Shown here piece after piece: positions 34,825 to 48,000 of a stretch of DNA of 64,000 nucleotides (position 1 is the first letter of the stretch; each line of letters opens with the position of its first letter). Source of the stretch: a virus (lineage: Duplodnaviria > Heunggongvirae > Uroviricota > Caudoviricetes); IMG/VR virus record IMGVR_UViG_3300016476_000468, positions 39,913 to 103,912 of that record. One strand, given 5' to 3'. Both the position numbers and the translations under genes were made by a program. Under the pieces are notes generated by a model, which was not told where the DNA came from, ran no database searches, and was given only the letters and a program-made list of their open reading frames with translations.

Positions 34825-36662
34825 TGGCAAATAACAAAAAGATCAATGTCACAGAACTAGACTTTGATAATATCAAACAAAACCTTAAAGACTTTTTAAG
34901 CGGTCAGAGCGAGTTTCAAGACTACAACTTTGAAGGTTCTGCAATGTCTGTATTGCTAGACGTTCTGGCATACAACACTCACTACAACGCCCTATACAAT
35001 AATATGGCGATTAACGAGATGTTCTTGGACTCTGCAAGAAAGCGTAATAATATCGTTTCTCTGGCTAAGATGCTTGGTTACACCCCACGTTCTGCTAGGG
35101 CTGCTCGTGCGATCGTAAACTTAGTTGTTTCTGGTGGAACTTCCGCTCCTTCTAATATCACTATCCCAGCGTTTTCTCCGTTTACTACTCTTATTGATGG
35201 CACTCAATATACGTTCTATAACACAGGTTCCATCACAGTAAACCGTTCTACCACTACTGGAACTTATGTCGTTTCAGACGTTGAATTGATCGAGGGTACT
35301 CCGCTAAATTTCAAATACACCGCAGCAGAAGGTATTCGCTATATCATCCCTAACGCTAACGTAGATATCGATACACTAAGAGTTCGTGTTCAGCAATCTG
35401 CAACATCTTCTGTGTATGAGGCTTGGACTAGATCTGATAGCGTAGTTACAGCTTCTAGCACAACTAAAGCGTATTGGGTTAAAGAGATTGACGATGGGTT
35501 GTACGAGATAAACTTCGGCGATGGTCTAGTCGGTCGTGCTCTAGACAACGGTAATATTGTACACTTGGATTATTTTGTTACAAATATGGGTGCAGCCAAT
35601 GGCGCTTCTCAATTCACATACAATGGTCCAACAATTCTTTCTGGTGCAAACGTGGCAGTAGTAACCACAATGGCTGCAGCTAACGGTGATGATAAAGAAT
35701 CTAATGACAGCATTCGTTTCAATGCGCCAAAATTCTATGCTGCGCAAAACCGTGCAGTTACACCAGACGACTATAAAGCACTAATTTATGCTAATGTGCC
35801 AGAAGCATACTCTGTTTCTGTATGGGGTGGTGAGGACAATAACCCACCAGTGTACGGTAAAACATATGTGTGCATCAAACCAAAGAACGCTTCCAAGCTA
35901 ACCACTGTTGAAAAGGCTAATATTATTTCTACAGTGTTGACTCAGCGCAACGTTGTTTCTGTTATTCCAGAAATTGTCGATCCAGAGTATATCAATATTG
36001 CTTTAGAAGTTAACGTATACTACAACGAACAAGAAACCACTAAAACTGCTTCTGAGATTGCTACTCTAGTTCGTCAATCTATTCTTTCATATAATGACTC
36101 AGACTTACAAAAGTTTGACGGTATCTTCCGTTTTTCTAAGTTGAGTAAAATTATCGACGAAACAGATCCAGCTATTGTTAGCAACATCACGAACGTTTTA
36201 TTGCGCCGTAGCTTACAACCAAGATACAACGTTTCCGCCCAATACTTACTGAACGTTATTAACCCAATTTACTATTCTGGTGTTTCTGAACAAGCATTCA
36301 CTAGCACTGGATTCTATATTTCTGGATCTCCAGACATTCATTACCTAGAAGACGATGGCGTTCAATACGTACGTCTTTATAAGTTTGGCAGCAACGCAAC
36401 TAAGATTTATGTAGATGAACAGTTGGGTACTATTGACTATGCTAAAGGAATTGTTGATATTAGAAACCTAAACATTGTTGCGCTGGCTGATGTTGATTTT
36501 GAAGTTGCGATAAAACCACAGTCTTATGATGTTGTGTCAGCTTTGACGCAAATCGCTCAGATTGCAGTCGATCACCTAACAGTTAATGCTATTGCAGACA
36601 AGACAGCTTCTGGTGATCTGCGTGGCGGTTATAACTACGTATTTTCTAACAGCAGATCATAA
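34824..36662 (+). CDS. gp6: baseplate wedge gp6
   Basis: LDFDNIKQNL, LDVLAYNTHY and AQNRAVT..DY motifs. Confidence 0.9.
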   Translation: MANNKKINVTELDFDNIKQNLKDFLSGQSEFQDYNFEGSAMSVLLDVLAYNTHYNALYNNMAINEMFLDSARKRNNIVSLAKMLGYTPRSARAARAIVNLVVSGGTSAPSNITIPAFSPFTTLIDGTQYTFYNTGSITVNRSTTTGTYVVSDVELIEGTPLNFKYTAAEGIRYIIPNANVDIDTLRVRVQQSATSSVYEAWTRSDSVVTASSTTKAYWVKEIDDGLYEINFGDGLVGRALDNGNIVHLDYFVTNMGAANGASQFTYNGPTILSGANVAVVTTMAAANGDDKESNDSIRFNAPKFYAAQNRAVTPDDYKALIYANVPEAYSVSVWGGEDNNPPVYGKTYVCIKPKNASKLTTVEKANIISTVLTQRNVVSVIPEIVDPEYINIALEVNVYYNEQETTKTASEIATLVRQSILSYNDSDLQKFDGIFRFSKLSKIIDETDPAIVSNITNVLLRRSLQPRYNVSAQYLLNVINPIYYSGVSEQAFTSTGFYISGSPDIHYLEDDGVQYVRLYKFGSNATKIYVDEQLGTIDYAKGIVDIRNLNIVALADVDFEVAIKPQSYDVVSALTQIAQIAVDHLTVNAIADKTASGDLRGGYNYVFSNSRS

Positions 36663-38908
36663 TGATTACTAAACCTAAGCTGTCTTCTTTAGTAGCATCT
36701 CAGGTACCAGAGTTTGTACGCTCTGACTACCAGGGATTTGTTGCATTCTTAGAAGCATACTATGAGTATTTGGAGTCTACTCAGCAAAACTTAGAAGATC
36801 TTAGAGATCTAGACAAAACATTAGACTCTTTTGTTCGCTACTTCAAAAACGAATTGGCGAACAAACTGCCGTATACAACTATAGACCAACGATTCTTGAT
36901 GCAGCACATCAAGGAACATTATGGCGCTAAGGGTTCTGAGTCTTCTTATAAACTTCTGTTCCGTATTTTATTCGGAAAGGAAGTTTCTATTGATTACCCA
37001 GCCCGTCAAATGCTTCGTGCGTCAGACGGTAAGTGGAACCAAGACGTTTCTATTTTCTGTAAGATTCTAACTGGCAACCCGAATGATCCTATTGGTAAGA
37101 TGGTTGACGTTGTCACTCCAACCAAAATTATCCGTGTTCTAGTTGATAGACGTCAGTACGTTGAACTTGAAGTAGACCGTGCAGTTAAAGTTGTAGACGG
37201 AATCTATGAATACTTCATCGACAGAAGATTCTTCGGTAACATTGCAGTCGGCGACAGAATCAGATATCGTGATGATGTAGAAGGCATCTATTTCACTGCT
37301 GAAATTTTATCTACAACTTCTACATTAGAAGTTCAAAAGCCTGGATCTGGTTTTAGAGTAGGTGATCTGTACAACATTAAGAACTTCGATGGTTATGGTT
37401 CCATTATGAAGGTTGTTCGTGTTGACAGTAATGGTGGTATCCAACAAGCGCAGTTTATTAAGTACGGTATCGGATATACCACAGACTTCACAACAACTAT
37501 TTCTGCTGTTTCTGGACAAGATGTTGCAGGGACTGCAGGAACTACAATCCAGCGTGTTGATCAACCTCAAGGCAATGGCAATACTTTAATTAACCTTTCT
37601 ATCACAGATAGAATGGATGGCTTCTCAGAGTCTGGTACAATTAATATGACAGACTACTGGACAACATACGCTGATGGCGCTTATGTTGGTCAAGTTATGC
37701 GAGAGTTTGGTATCAGTAACATTGATGCTGCAGCTGTTTTAACAGATCCAGCTATTATTAAGTGTTCTCTTGGACCGCTGGCTAAGTATCCTGGATACTA
37801 CGTTAACAACGATGGTTTCCTAGACGATGCAATCTATATTCAGGACAGCCGTTATTATCAAGCGTTCTCATACGTTGTTAAGATCGACGAGGCTCTAGAC
37901 TCTTATAAGACTGCAGTTAAAAACCTTATTCACCCAGCTGGTATGGCGATCTTCGGTGAGTATGACATTCGTAACGAATTCGATATCAGCGAGCAGCTAG
38001 AGTGTCTGATTAAGATCCTTAACATCAATGCAAAGGACTCTGTAGTAACACAGGAAATTGGTTTGGCTCTGGACTTGACCAGAACTATGCCTTACTTAGA
38101 TATCACTAAGTATTTCGACGACCAGTCTTTGAACGGTGATGGTGTTGCAGAAGGAAACTTTGTAACTATTCAAGAAATTGGTTTGGCTCTGGATAACACC
38201 AGAACTATGCCATATTTGAGTATAACTAAACCAATCAGCAATACTTCGTTAAACTTCGATGGCGTTGCAGAACTACATCAAGTCTCATTGTCTGACGGTG
38301 GTGACGTTACCGATTCTACTAGAACTATGCCATATTTGGCAGTTTCTAAACAGCTGGATGTAAATCACGTTATTAATGACGGTGTCACGCAAGACTCTGA
38401 ATCTGTGTTCACGCTGGACGAGACAGGATCTGGATTAACCAGAACTATGCCGTATTTCGACCAGACAAAGACTCTTGGTTATGTTGATGGCATTAATACA
38501 CACTTGAATTTTAACGGCGCTTTTGATACTGAGTCTATTTCTCTAGTTGAAAACGCCATCGGTTATGGATATGGTGGGTTAGTCCGAACAGGATTAGACA
38601 CATGGTCTATGACTAAAACGTTGTCTGCTGGTCACTTAATTAATGACAATGTTACAGCAGACCCAGAGAGTGTTACACCTCTCGACACAGATGCATCTAG
38701 TGCATCTGACCTAAATAGAACGACACCCGCAATTTCTTTAACCACAACATTCGGTGTGCTTTTAAACGATGGTGTTACTCCCGACACCAACGTTGCTACT
38801 GCTACAGATAGCGGTGGTACTATGGATTTAAACCCATACGCAGAAGCTGGTTGGTTCTTGAATGATGGTGGGTTGTTTGTAGGCAACCCAATCGTATTCT
38901 CGGGTTAA
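36662..38908 (+). CDS. baseplate wedge initiator (gp7-like) with C-terminal 40-aa repeats
   Basis: FLEAYYEY, KGSESSYKLLFRILF, IQDSRYYQAFSYV and HPAG motifs. Confidence 0.65.
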   Translation: MITKPKLSSLVASQVPEFVRSDYQGFVAFLEAYYEYLESTQQNLEDLRDLDKTLDSFVRYFKNELANKLPYTTIDQRFLMQHIKEHYGAKGSESSYKLLFRILFGKEVSIDYPARQMLRASDGKWNQDVSIFCKILTGNPNDPIGKMVDVVTPTKIIRVLVDRRQYVELEVDRAVKVVDGIYEYFIDRRFFGNIAVGDRIRYRDDVEGIYFTAEILSTTSTLEVQKPGSGFRVGDLYNIKNFDGYGSIMKVVRVDSNGGIQQAQFIKYGIGYTTDFTTTISAVSGQDVAGTAGTTIQRVDQPQGNGNTLINLSITDRMDGFSESGTINMTDYWTTYADGAYVGQVMREFGISNIDAAAVLTDPAIIKCSLGPLAKYPGYYVNNDGFLDDAIYIQDSRYYQAFSYVVKIDEALDSYKTAVKNLIHPAGMAIFGEYDIRNEFDISEQLECLIKILNINAKDSVVTQEIGLALDLTRTMPYLDITKYFDDQSLNGDGVAEGNFVTIQEIGLALDNTRTMPYLSITKPISNTSLNFDGVAELHQVSLSDGGDVTDSTRTMPYLAVSKQLDVNHVINDGVTQDSESVFTLDETGSGLTRTMPYFDQTKTLGYVDGINTHLNFNGAFDTESISLVENAIGYGYGGLVRTGLDTWSMTKTLSAGHLINDNVTADPESVTPLDTDASSASDLNRTTPAISLTTTFGVLLNDGVTPDTNVATATDSGGTMDLNPYAEAGWFLNDGGLFVGNPIVFSG
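38078..38452 (+). repeat. 120-bp periodic coding repeat (TRTMPY)
   Basis: AC(C/T)AGAACTATGCC at 38078, 38198, 38318 and 38438. Confidence 0.9.
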
Positions 38909-38929
38909 TTAAACGAATAGGAGATTTTT

Positions 38930-39391
38930 ATGGAATTTCAAGATACTGGCATTAAAATGATCGGCGACGTCAACATCAAAGTTTTTGGTGCAGACGGTTC
39001 TCTAAAAGAAGAGAAACAGGTTAAGAACCTTGTCGTTAGCGTCGGTAAGACTTATATCGCTAACCGTATGCAGGCTAACAGCGTACAGGGTGTTATGAAC
39101 ACTATGGCTATCGGTACTAGCTCTGCAACCCCAGCAGTCGGTAATACGACTCTAGGTGTTGAAGCTGGTCGTGTCGCATTGGCATCTTTCTCTGCTTCTG
39201 GTAACCAAGTTACTGCGACAGCTACTTTCCCAGCTGGTACAGGCACTGGTGCTATCACTGAAGCAGGTATTTTCAACCCAGCTACTGCGGGTGGTTCTGG
39301 CGGTAATATGCTTTGTCGTACTACTTTCCCAGTTGTTAACAAGGCAGCTGGTGACTCTATTGCTGTTACTTGGGTTATTACAGTAAGTTAA
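38930..39391 (+). CDS. virion structural protein (tail-fibre/collar-type domain)
   Basis: NLVVSVGK, MAIGT, TATFPAG and ITEAGIF motifs; AGGAG RBS. Confidence 0.7.
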   Translation: MEFQDTGIKMIGDVNIKVFGADGSLKEEKQVKNLVVSVGKTYIANRMQANSVQGVMNTMAIGTSSATPAVGNTTLGVEAGRVALASFSASGNQVTATATFPAGTGTGAITEAGIFNPATAGGSGGNMLCRTTFPVVNKAAGDSIAVTWVITVS

Positions 39392-39407
39392 TTTTCAGGG
39401 CTATTAA

Positions 39408-41984
39408 ATGGCAACTTCAGCGCTATTGAAGTCTCCACTTCATAATTCTGTTGCTCAGGCGTTATACGACGAGATTCAGAATAGAAATGCGAGATATTAT
39501 TACTTCCTAGGTAGAACTCTAACTTGGGAGGATGATAGTACACCACCATATCCTATCGACAGTTTCGATTACGAGTTAAAGACTCGTAACGAGATTATCA
39601 CTATGAAGGAAATTAAGTCTACCGATGTTGCATTCGTAACAAATCGAGTAGACTGGGTCACTGGTCAGGTCTGGGATATGTATGATGACCAATATAGCGA
39701 TGAAGTACAAGGTATTAACTTAATTTCTGGTGGATACGGTTATTCCGATCCACCGACTGTCACAATCTCTGGCGGTGGCGGTACTGGTGCAGTAGCTGTT
39801 CCAGTCATCGATAATGGTGTTATTGTTTCTATCGAAATGGTAAATCGTGGTAGAGGCTATACTTCTGTGCCAACTGTAACTATTACAGGCGGTGGCGGTG
39901 AAGGCGCTTCTGCGACTGCCAGCGTTAGAATTGCATATTCTGGTGCGCAAAAATTAGAAGACATTAGATCTATCGTTATGACCGATGAGTATAACGTTTA
40001 CAAGTGTCTTGACAACAACAATAACGCAATTTCTACATACAAACCTATCGGTACTGTTGTAGATCCAGTTATTATGCCAGACGGATATATGTGGAAATAC
40101 TTGTATAGTATTCCAATCGCTCTGCGCAATAAATTCTTGACTGACGTTTATATGCCTGTCGTTAATGCTCTGCGTGGGCAGTTTTACTCTGGCGGAGAAA
40201 TTTTAAACGTTGTTCTTGAGAACAATGGACAGAATTACACATTCGCTAACATCGTAGTTTCTGGAGATGGATACAGAGCTAGTGATCCACTAGTTTTGCA
40301 GAACGTTCAAATTAGCGCTCCAGGCACAGGCTACAATAGTGGTGCTACTTGTACGATCGAACCTCCATTCTCTGGTGCTAACGTTTGGACATCTGGTGTT
40401 GCCATTCTTATGGGTCAAAAGGTTGAGTATAACAACAACCTTTACGAAGCAACAATGTCTGGTACTATGGCTGCTCCAGCGCCAACGCACAAGTATGGAA
40501 TTGTTACAAATGGAACAGCAGCACTAAAGTATATCGGTACTCGTGCTACAGGAACTGTTGTTACTAGTGGCGGACAGGTAACAGGCATCACGTTAAACGG
40601 ATCCATTTATGAGATTCTTGTCACAAACCCAGGATCTGGATATACATCTGCGCCCACAGTAAATCTTTCTGGTGGTGCAGGTTCTGGTTTTGTTGGTCAA
40701 TCTGTTATGCGTGGAACAGGTGTTGCGAGAGTAACTGTTTTAGATTCTGGTAACAACTATACTAGCGTTCCTACTGTAACTTTTGGTACAGCTTGGTCTG
40801 CTTCTACTGCGTATACAGTAGGACAACAGATTTATGCCTCTAACAGACTATACACAGTGACTACTGCAGGAACTTCTGGTTCTACTGCTCCAACACACGT
40901 TACAGGCGCTGCTTCTAACGGAACTGCTACACTAACTTATGTCGGCTCCCCAGCTACTGGCACTGCATCTTTAAAATATGGCTCTGGCTACTCTGTGTTA
41001 CCAGCTATCACTATTCAAGCTACTAGTGGTGGCTCTGGCGCTAAGGCATATTTTGTAGGTGTTAAATCTGAAGCTAAACTTATTCCCATTCTTTCTAATG
41101 GGCAGATTGTTGGTGTACAGATTGATGACGGCGGTGTTGGCTATACATATGCTAATATAACTGTAACAGGCGACGGAACTGATGCATCTTTAAGAGCAGA
41201 CCTTTCTCCAGGTGACATCAATACTCTACAGGCTAACACAGAACTATTGACTATTGATGGTAGAATTATGGCGTTTGACGTCATTTCTGGTGGTTATGGA
41301 TATGGAACTAACCCAACTATTACAATCGAAGGTGATGGTACAGGCGCAACAGCCCATGCAGTTGTAGTTGGTGGAGCCATTAAGAAAATTGTAGTAGATA
41401 CATACGGACAAGGCTATCGTTGGGCTACTGTTACTGTTACAGGCGGTGGTAATGGTGCTAAAGTCAGAGCTATTATGGCTCCATACGGTGGACACGGAAA
41501 GGATCCTATCGTTGGTTCTTTTGCAAGAACTCTTATGTTCTATACCAATATCTCTAAAGATACCAACCAAGGATTTAACGTTAACAACGACTTCCGTCAG
41601 TTGGGTATTATCAAAAACCCACGACAGTTTGGCTCTTATGGTAACCTTAAGACTTCTTTAGCATCAGCTTGTTATGTTTTGATTGGAACTGTTTCCGAGT
41701 CCTTTGAACCTGATATGTTAATCAGACTAGGTGATGCAGAAGGACCACGTTTTAGAATTGTTTCTAAAACAACTAATGGGATGTTGGTGCAGTCTATTGA
41801 TAATGCTGTGCCGCAAGTAGGTAATATTTTCTTAAATCCAAACTCAGTAACTTTCTCAGCTTCTGGAGTAACTCCTCCAACAGCAGATAAATATTCTGGT
41901 CAATTGCTGTTCATTGACAATAAACAAGCGTTTACACCGACAGCAGACCAGACAGTTACGCTGAGAACTGTCATCAAGTTCTAA
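39408..41984 (+). CDS. gp8: baseplate wedge gp8 with GxGY repeat and carbohydrate-binding-like insertions
   Basis: YYFLGR, YNVYKCLDN, DGYMWKYLY and NDFRQLGIIKNP motifs. Confidence 0.75.
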   Translation: MATSALLKSPLHNSVAQALYDEIQNRNARYYYFLGRTLTWEDDSTPPYPIDSFDYELKTRNEIITMKEIKSTDVAFVTNRVDWVTGQVWDMYDDQYSDEVQGINLISGGYGYSDPPTVTISGGGGTGAVAVPVIDNGVIVSIEMVNRGRGYTSVPTVTITGGGGEGASATASVRIAYSGAQKLEDIRSIVMTDEYNVYKCLDNNNNAISTYKPIGTVVDPVIMPDGYMWKYLYSIPIALRNKFLTDVYMPVVNALRGQFYSGGEILNVVLENNGQNYTFANIVVSGDGYRASDPLVLQNVQISAPGTGYNSGATCTIEPPFSGANVWTSGVAILMGQKVEYNNNLYEATMSGTMAAPAPTHKYGIVTNGTAALKYIGTRATGTVVTSGGQVTGITLNGSIYEILVTNPGSGYTSAPTVNLSGGAGSGFVGQSVMRGTGVARVTVLDSGNNYTSVPTVTFGTAWSASTAYTVGQQIYASNRLYTVTTAGTSGSTAPTHVTGAASNGTATLTYVGSPATGTASLKYGSGYSVLPAITIQATSGGSGAKAYFVGVKSEAKLIPILSNGQIVGVQIDDGGVGYTYANITVTGDGTDASLRADLSPGDINTLQANTELLTIDGRIMAFDVISGGYGYGTNPTITIEGDGTGATAHAVVVGGAIKKIVVDTYGQGYRWATVTVTGGGNGAKVRAIMAPYGGHGKDPIVGSFARTLMFYTNISKDTNQGFNVNNDFRQLGIIKNPRQFGSYGNLKTSLASACYVLIGTVSESFEPDMLIRLGDAEGPRFRIVSKTTNGMLVQSIDNAVPQVGNIFLNPNSVTFSASGVTPPTADKYSGQLLFIDNKQAFTPTADQTVTLRTVIKF

Positions 41985-42015
41985 TAAATAAGAAATAACA
42001 TAGAAGAGTAGAAGA

Positions 42016-45000
42016 ATGATCGATTTCAACACAGAACCGTATAATGACGATTACGACGAGAATAAAAAATTCTATCGTATTCTCTATCGTCCTTCGTTCG
42101 CTGTACAGGCTCGTGAACTTACTCAGATGCAGACGCTTCTGCAGAAGCAAATTTCTCGTCACGGGTCTGCAATTTTCAAACAAGGTGCGATGGTTATTCC
42201 AGGACAGTGTTCTGTTGAGACCGTTACACAACCAAACCAAGGTGCTGACTACGTTAAGCTACAGGTTAGCTACAACGGCGTAGCAGTTCAGACATTTATT
42301 TCTGCGCTAGAAGGCGCATCAATCGTTGGTACTAGTGGTGTTACTGCTACTGTTATTAAGGCACAAGACGCAGAAGGTACAGACCCAACAACTCTGTATG
42401 TTCGCTATACAAGCAGCGGTTCTAATAACTCAACAAAAACTTTCTCTAATAACGAAGTTATTCAAACTGAGGATGGAATCTACACTTTCCAAGCTGCAAC
42501 AACAGATGCAACTGGTAAGGGTTCTCTTGCCACTATTCAGCGTGGTGTTTACTACGTCAACGAACATTTCTGCTTGGTCGAAGAACAATCTATCGTTCTA
42601 GACAAGTATTCTAATACTCCTACATACCGTATTGGATTGCACGTTTCTGAGGGTGTCGTAACACCAGAGCAAGATGAAACTTTGCTTGATAATGCACAGA
42701 ACAGCTACAACTTTGCTGCTCCAGGCGCTCACCGTTACTACATTGACCTAACTCTGACTAAAATTGCAGTTGATGCAACTGCAGACTTAAACTTCATCGA
42801 ACTAATTCGTGTTGACGATGGTAGAATCAAAACAATCGTAGACAAAACAGAATACTCTCTATTGGCTGATGAGTTGGCTCGACGCACATACGACGAGTCT
42901 GGTGATTACACTGTTCGTGATTTTGCTATTGATATTCGTGAGCATCGCAACAACAATCGTGGTCAATGGTTGCAAAATACAGCTTACATCTCTGGTGACG
43001 TAGTAACAAACGCTGGTAACATTTATGTAGCTAGAACATCTGGTTCTTCTGTTACTACTGCACCAACACATACTACTGGCACCGCATATGACGGTCCAGG
43101 TTCTACTGGTATTAAGTGGGAGTGGACTAACGCTCCAGTTTACAATCGTGGTATCTACCGTCCAGAAGATGGCGGCGACGAAGCTAAACTTGCTATCGGT
43201 CTAGAGCCAGGAAAAGCATACGTTCGTGGCTACGAGATTCAAAAAGATTCTACTACATATATTGCAGTTGAGAAGGCACGTGACTATGACCAACAAACAG
43301 GCGCTATTATTCAACCTACTGTTGGTAATTATTTACTTATCACTAACGTTAATAACTTACCTCCAGTAGACACATACGATATCGTTAAGTTGTATGATCA
43401 AGTTACTGGTTCATCTGTAGGTACACCTGTAGGTACTCAAGTTGGTACTGCTCGTGTGCGTTTTATGGAATGGTCTGGTGGCGCTTCTTTTGGATCTGGT
43501 GCTATCTACAAACTAGGTTTATTTGATGTTCAGATGAATGCTGGTAAAGACTTTAACAGAAGCGTTAAATCTTTCTATTACAGCAACGGTGGAGATCCAA
43601 ATCTATCCTTCACTGCAGACATCAATCCTGTTTCAACCGCACTGATTGGTTCTATTACAGCTTCTTCTGGTTCTGTTACTGGAACTGGAACTTCTTTCCA
43701 GACTGATTTAGTTTCTGGAGATTACATTTTAGTTGATGGTGTTATGTATCGTGTTACTGCATCACCATCTTCACAAAACGCACTAACTTTAAATACTGGA
43801 ACATTTACTGGTAAAGCATTCGCTCTAGCAACTACTCAGTTACTAGAAACACAAAATACTGGTATGGTGTTCCCACAACCAAACTATGCTATTCGTTCTA
43901 ATAGATCTGCTGGAACTTCTGGTATCAACAACACAACATATGTTTGCTACCAAAAATTCACACAGAATGCTTCTGGAACATCTCTTTCTCTAAGTACTTC
44001 TGGCACATTTATGCCAGCAAGTGGTGTTACAAACTATATCGTGGTTGATAACGATGCTGCAGCTGGTGGTGCAGTGATTCAACCAGTAAGTATCGTACCA
44101 TTAGGTTCTTCTGTAACTATTACACTACCACCAGCACAGTCTGGTCGTTCTATCACAGTTATTGCAGCTGTACAGCGTAATGGTTCTGGTTACGAAAAGA
44201 ACAAAACTTTGACAACTGTTACAGAGCAATTCAACACTGCATCTCTTGCACAACAAGCGTCATTGATTCTAGATAAAGCCGACGTATTCCGTATCACTAG
44301 CGTTAAGATGGCTGCTGGCACTGCATTCCAAGCATCTAATACAACACTAGCTTCTAATCTTTATACTCTTGATATCTCTGATCGTTTTGACTTTGATAAT
44401 GGTCAGCGCACTACTCACTACGACTGGGGTCGTCTGAACCTAAAACCATCGTTCACAATCCCATCTGGTCCAGTTCAAGTTACTTACGAATACTTTGAGC
44501 ACAGCGTTGGTGATTATTTCGATGTGAACTCTTACAGCACTATTGACTATAACAAGATCCCAGCTGTGTTGCGTGACTCTCTTGACTTCCGCCCACGTGT
44601 TGCTAACAGATCAGCTAATGCAAACAAGAGCTTTGTTGGAACTGGCGCTTCTTTGACTTCTGTTCCAAAACGTGGAGAAAACGTTTCTTCTGACTACAGC
44701 TACTACTTCTCTCGTAAAGACAAGATTGCTGTAGACTTTAACGGCAAGTTCTTTAACATCAAGGGCGTTCCATCTATCGATCCAGGTGAGCCACAAGACC
44801 CAGCATTGGGTATGGTTCTTTACACTCTGGCTCTTGAACCGTACACTTACTCTACTAACTCTGTATCAGTTTCTAAAGTAGAGAACAAACGTTATACAAT
44901 GCGTGATATCGGTAAACTAGAAAACCGAATCAATAACTTAGAATACTATACTTCTCTTTCTCTACTAGAGCAAGAGACACAATCTCTTAAGATCACTGAT

Positions 45001-48000
45001 TCTAAGGGTCTGGATAGAATGAAAAACGGATTTATCGTTGATAACTTCAGCGGTAACAACGTCGGTAACTCTAAGTCTCCAGATTATTTCTGCTCTGTTG
45101 ATATGGAGAACAACCAGCTTCGTCCATATTACACAATGCACAACGTTAACTTGATCGAGAAAAACTCTAACGATAGTCAACGAACATCTTCTAAGTATCA
45201 ATTAAACGGCGACATTATCACTCTGCCGATTATTGAAACTCCTGTTCTAATCAAACAAGAGTACGCCTCTCGTTTGGAGAACATTAACCCATTTGCAATC
45301 TACACCTTCTTGGGTAATGTAGATATTAACCCACCTTCTGACGACTGGTTTGAGACTAGTCGTTTGCCTGACATCGTTCAGCAGACTGAGGGTAACTACA
45401 GCATGATCCGTGATCTGGCTATCCGTGCTGGTATTATCGGTGAGGGTGGTTTCGGCACTCTATGGAACCCATGGGAAACAGAGTGGATCGGTAAACCAGT
45501 TACTGTTGGTAACAATACATACTCTGCGGATCGTCGCACTGGTGACGGTGGTGCTGCTCTTGATGCCGCTTTCGGTCTTGGACCAGATGCTCCAGGATGG
45601 GCATTCCGTGTAGTTACAACTGAAGTCCAAGCTACTGCTATCGGACAGTCTCGTACTGGTGTTCGTTCTACTCTTCAAACTAAGACAGACTACGAGCAAG
45701 TTGCAGACCGTACAGTTTCCACTGCAGTTATCCCATATATCCGTTCTAGAAACGTCTTAGTGCAAGTCAAGGGACTGAAGCCACAAACTCGTTTCTACAG
45801 CTACTTCGATGACATTGATGTTAACTCTTACATCACTCCAGCAACTAAGATCGTTTACACTGCTGGAACTGGTACATTCGACGTTGAAACTAACGTTGGT
45901 GGTTCTGCTTCTGAAACCAAGCGTCGTATCGCTGGTGACTCTCAGATCTGCTTGAACCGTGGTGACGTTATTACTACTTCTAACAACTCTGGTTCTGCAG
46001 TTGTTGTTGGTAAATCTGTTGATCCAGATACTGGTGCGTTAACTCTTGATGTTGTCAACGTTATTGGTACTATTACTAATGGACAGTCTTTCACTGGATC
46101 TGTTTCTGGTGCTACTGGAACAGTAGTTTCTGTTACGACTGCAAGCACTCTTGTCACAAATAAACAAGGTGCAGTTAACTTCTTGTTCTATATTCCTAAC
46201 ACAGAAGCAATTCGTTTCCGCACTGGCGCACGTGAACTGAAGTTGATCGACGCATCTACTTCTACTGGTCAGTGGACTAGTCGTGGTCGTGGAATCTACC
46301 GTGCAGAAGGTATTTTAGAAACTAAACAAGCCACTATTAACGCTGTGCGTAATGCAGAAATCGTTAAAGAAGTTATTGGTCCAAATGATGATCCTGCTGC
46401 TCGTCAGACAATTTATCAGACTTCTGAGCGTGTTGTTTCTGATACTGGTTGGTATGATCCACTTGCTCAATCTTTCTTGGTTCAGCAAAAGGGTGGCGCA
46501 TTCCTAACTGGCGTGGATATCTTCTTTGCTACTAAGGATGACCGTATCCCTGTTACTCTAGAAATCCGTGAGATGGTAAACGGAACTCCAGGTAAAAATG
46601 TTCTGCCATTTAGTCGTGTTACATTAGATCCTTCTCAGGTTAACCTTTCTACTAATTTGGTAACTATCGGCGAAGATCCTGCACAGTATCCTAAGTTTGA
46701 TACTCCAACGCACTTCAAGTTTAAGACTCCAGTCTACGTACAAGACAACGGAGAATACTGTTTTGTGCTACAATCAGATTCTAACAATTACAAGGTTTGG
46801 ATCTCTCAAGTTGGTGATGAAATCCCAGGAACTTCTGGTAGAACAATTTCTCAGCAGCCATATGCTGGCGTGATGTTCAAGTCCCAGAATGCTTCTACTT
46901 GGACTGCAGATCAAAACCAAGATATTAAGTTCACAATCTACCGTGCCAAGTTCGACACTAGCGTTGTTGGTAATATTGAATTCGTGAACGACGTCTTACC
47001 ATACGATAAGATTGAAAGCGATCCTATCCAGACTGTTGCTGGCTCTAACACTGTTCGTGTGTGGCACTATGCCCATGGTATGTACGCTGGTTCTCGCGTT
47101 AACATCAAGGGAATTGCTTCTGATGTTAATGGTATCCCAGCTTCAGAACTGAATGGTGAGAAGGTTATCGTAGCTATGGATCCAAACAGCTACACCTTTA
47201 CAACCAGCACTAGTGCTACTGGTAGTGGTTACGGCGGTGGCTCTGCAGTCTATGCAACTAGAAACGTAACATTCGATCTAGTTAACCCTTCTGTTCAGAT
47301 GCAATCTTTCTCTGACACTAAGGCTAACTTCTCTATCAAGACTACTTCTGGTAAGTCTATCGATGGGTCTCAAACACCTTATGTTGCAGAAACATCTTTC
47401 GTGCCATGCTTGATCAAACAGAACAATATTTTCCAATCTCCAAGAGTTATTGCCTCTGAGATCAACGAAAATACTTCTATGGGTGGAGCTAAGTCTATTA
47501 CGTTCTCTGCTCAGATTTCTACTACTAACGATGCAGTTTCCCCAGTTATCGACACTGCTCGTGCTAGTTTGATTGCTGTTTCTAACAAGCTAAATGCTCC
47601 AACTGAAGCTAACACAAACATTGCTGCATTGGATCAGAAACAACTGTTCACTGGCGCTACTGGAGCATTCTCGTTCACTACTACTGGCTTCAATTCTACA
47701 AACGCCGCTGTTCGTGGATTTATGGCTGGTATCGGTATCGGACGCTACGTAACTATCGCTTCTGCTACAACAGCTGGAAACAACGGAACATTCCTAGTGA
47801 CTGGCTACACAGATGATGGTACAACTGGAACTATTACTCTGGGTAGTTTCAGTGGCACTGCTGAAGCAGCTGTTTCTGGAACTTCTGTTGCTGTTCGTGA
47901 GCAGTTCTTCGACGAAATTACTCCAGAAGGTAGCTCTACACTGAGCAAGTATGTAACTGCACCAGTTAAGTTTGCTAACCCATCTACTTTCTTGAGAGTT

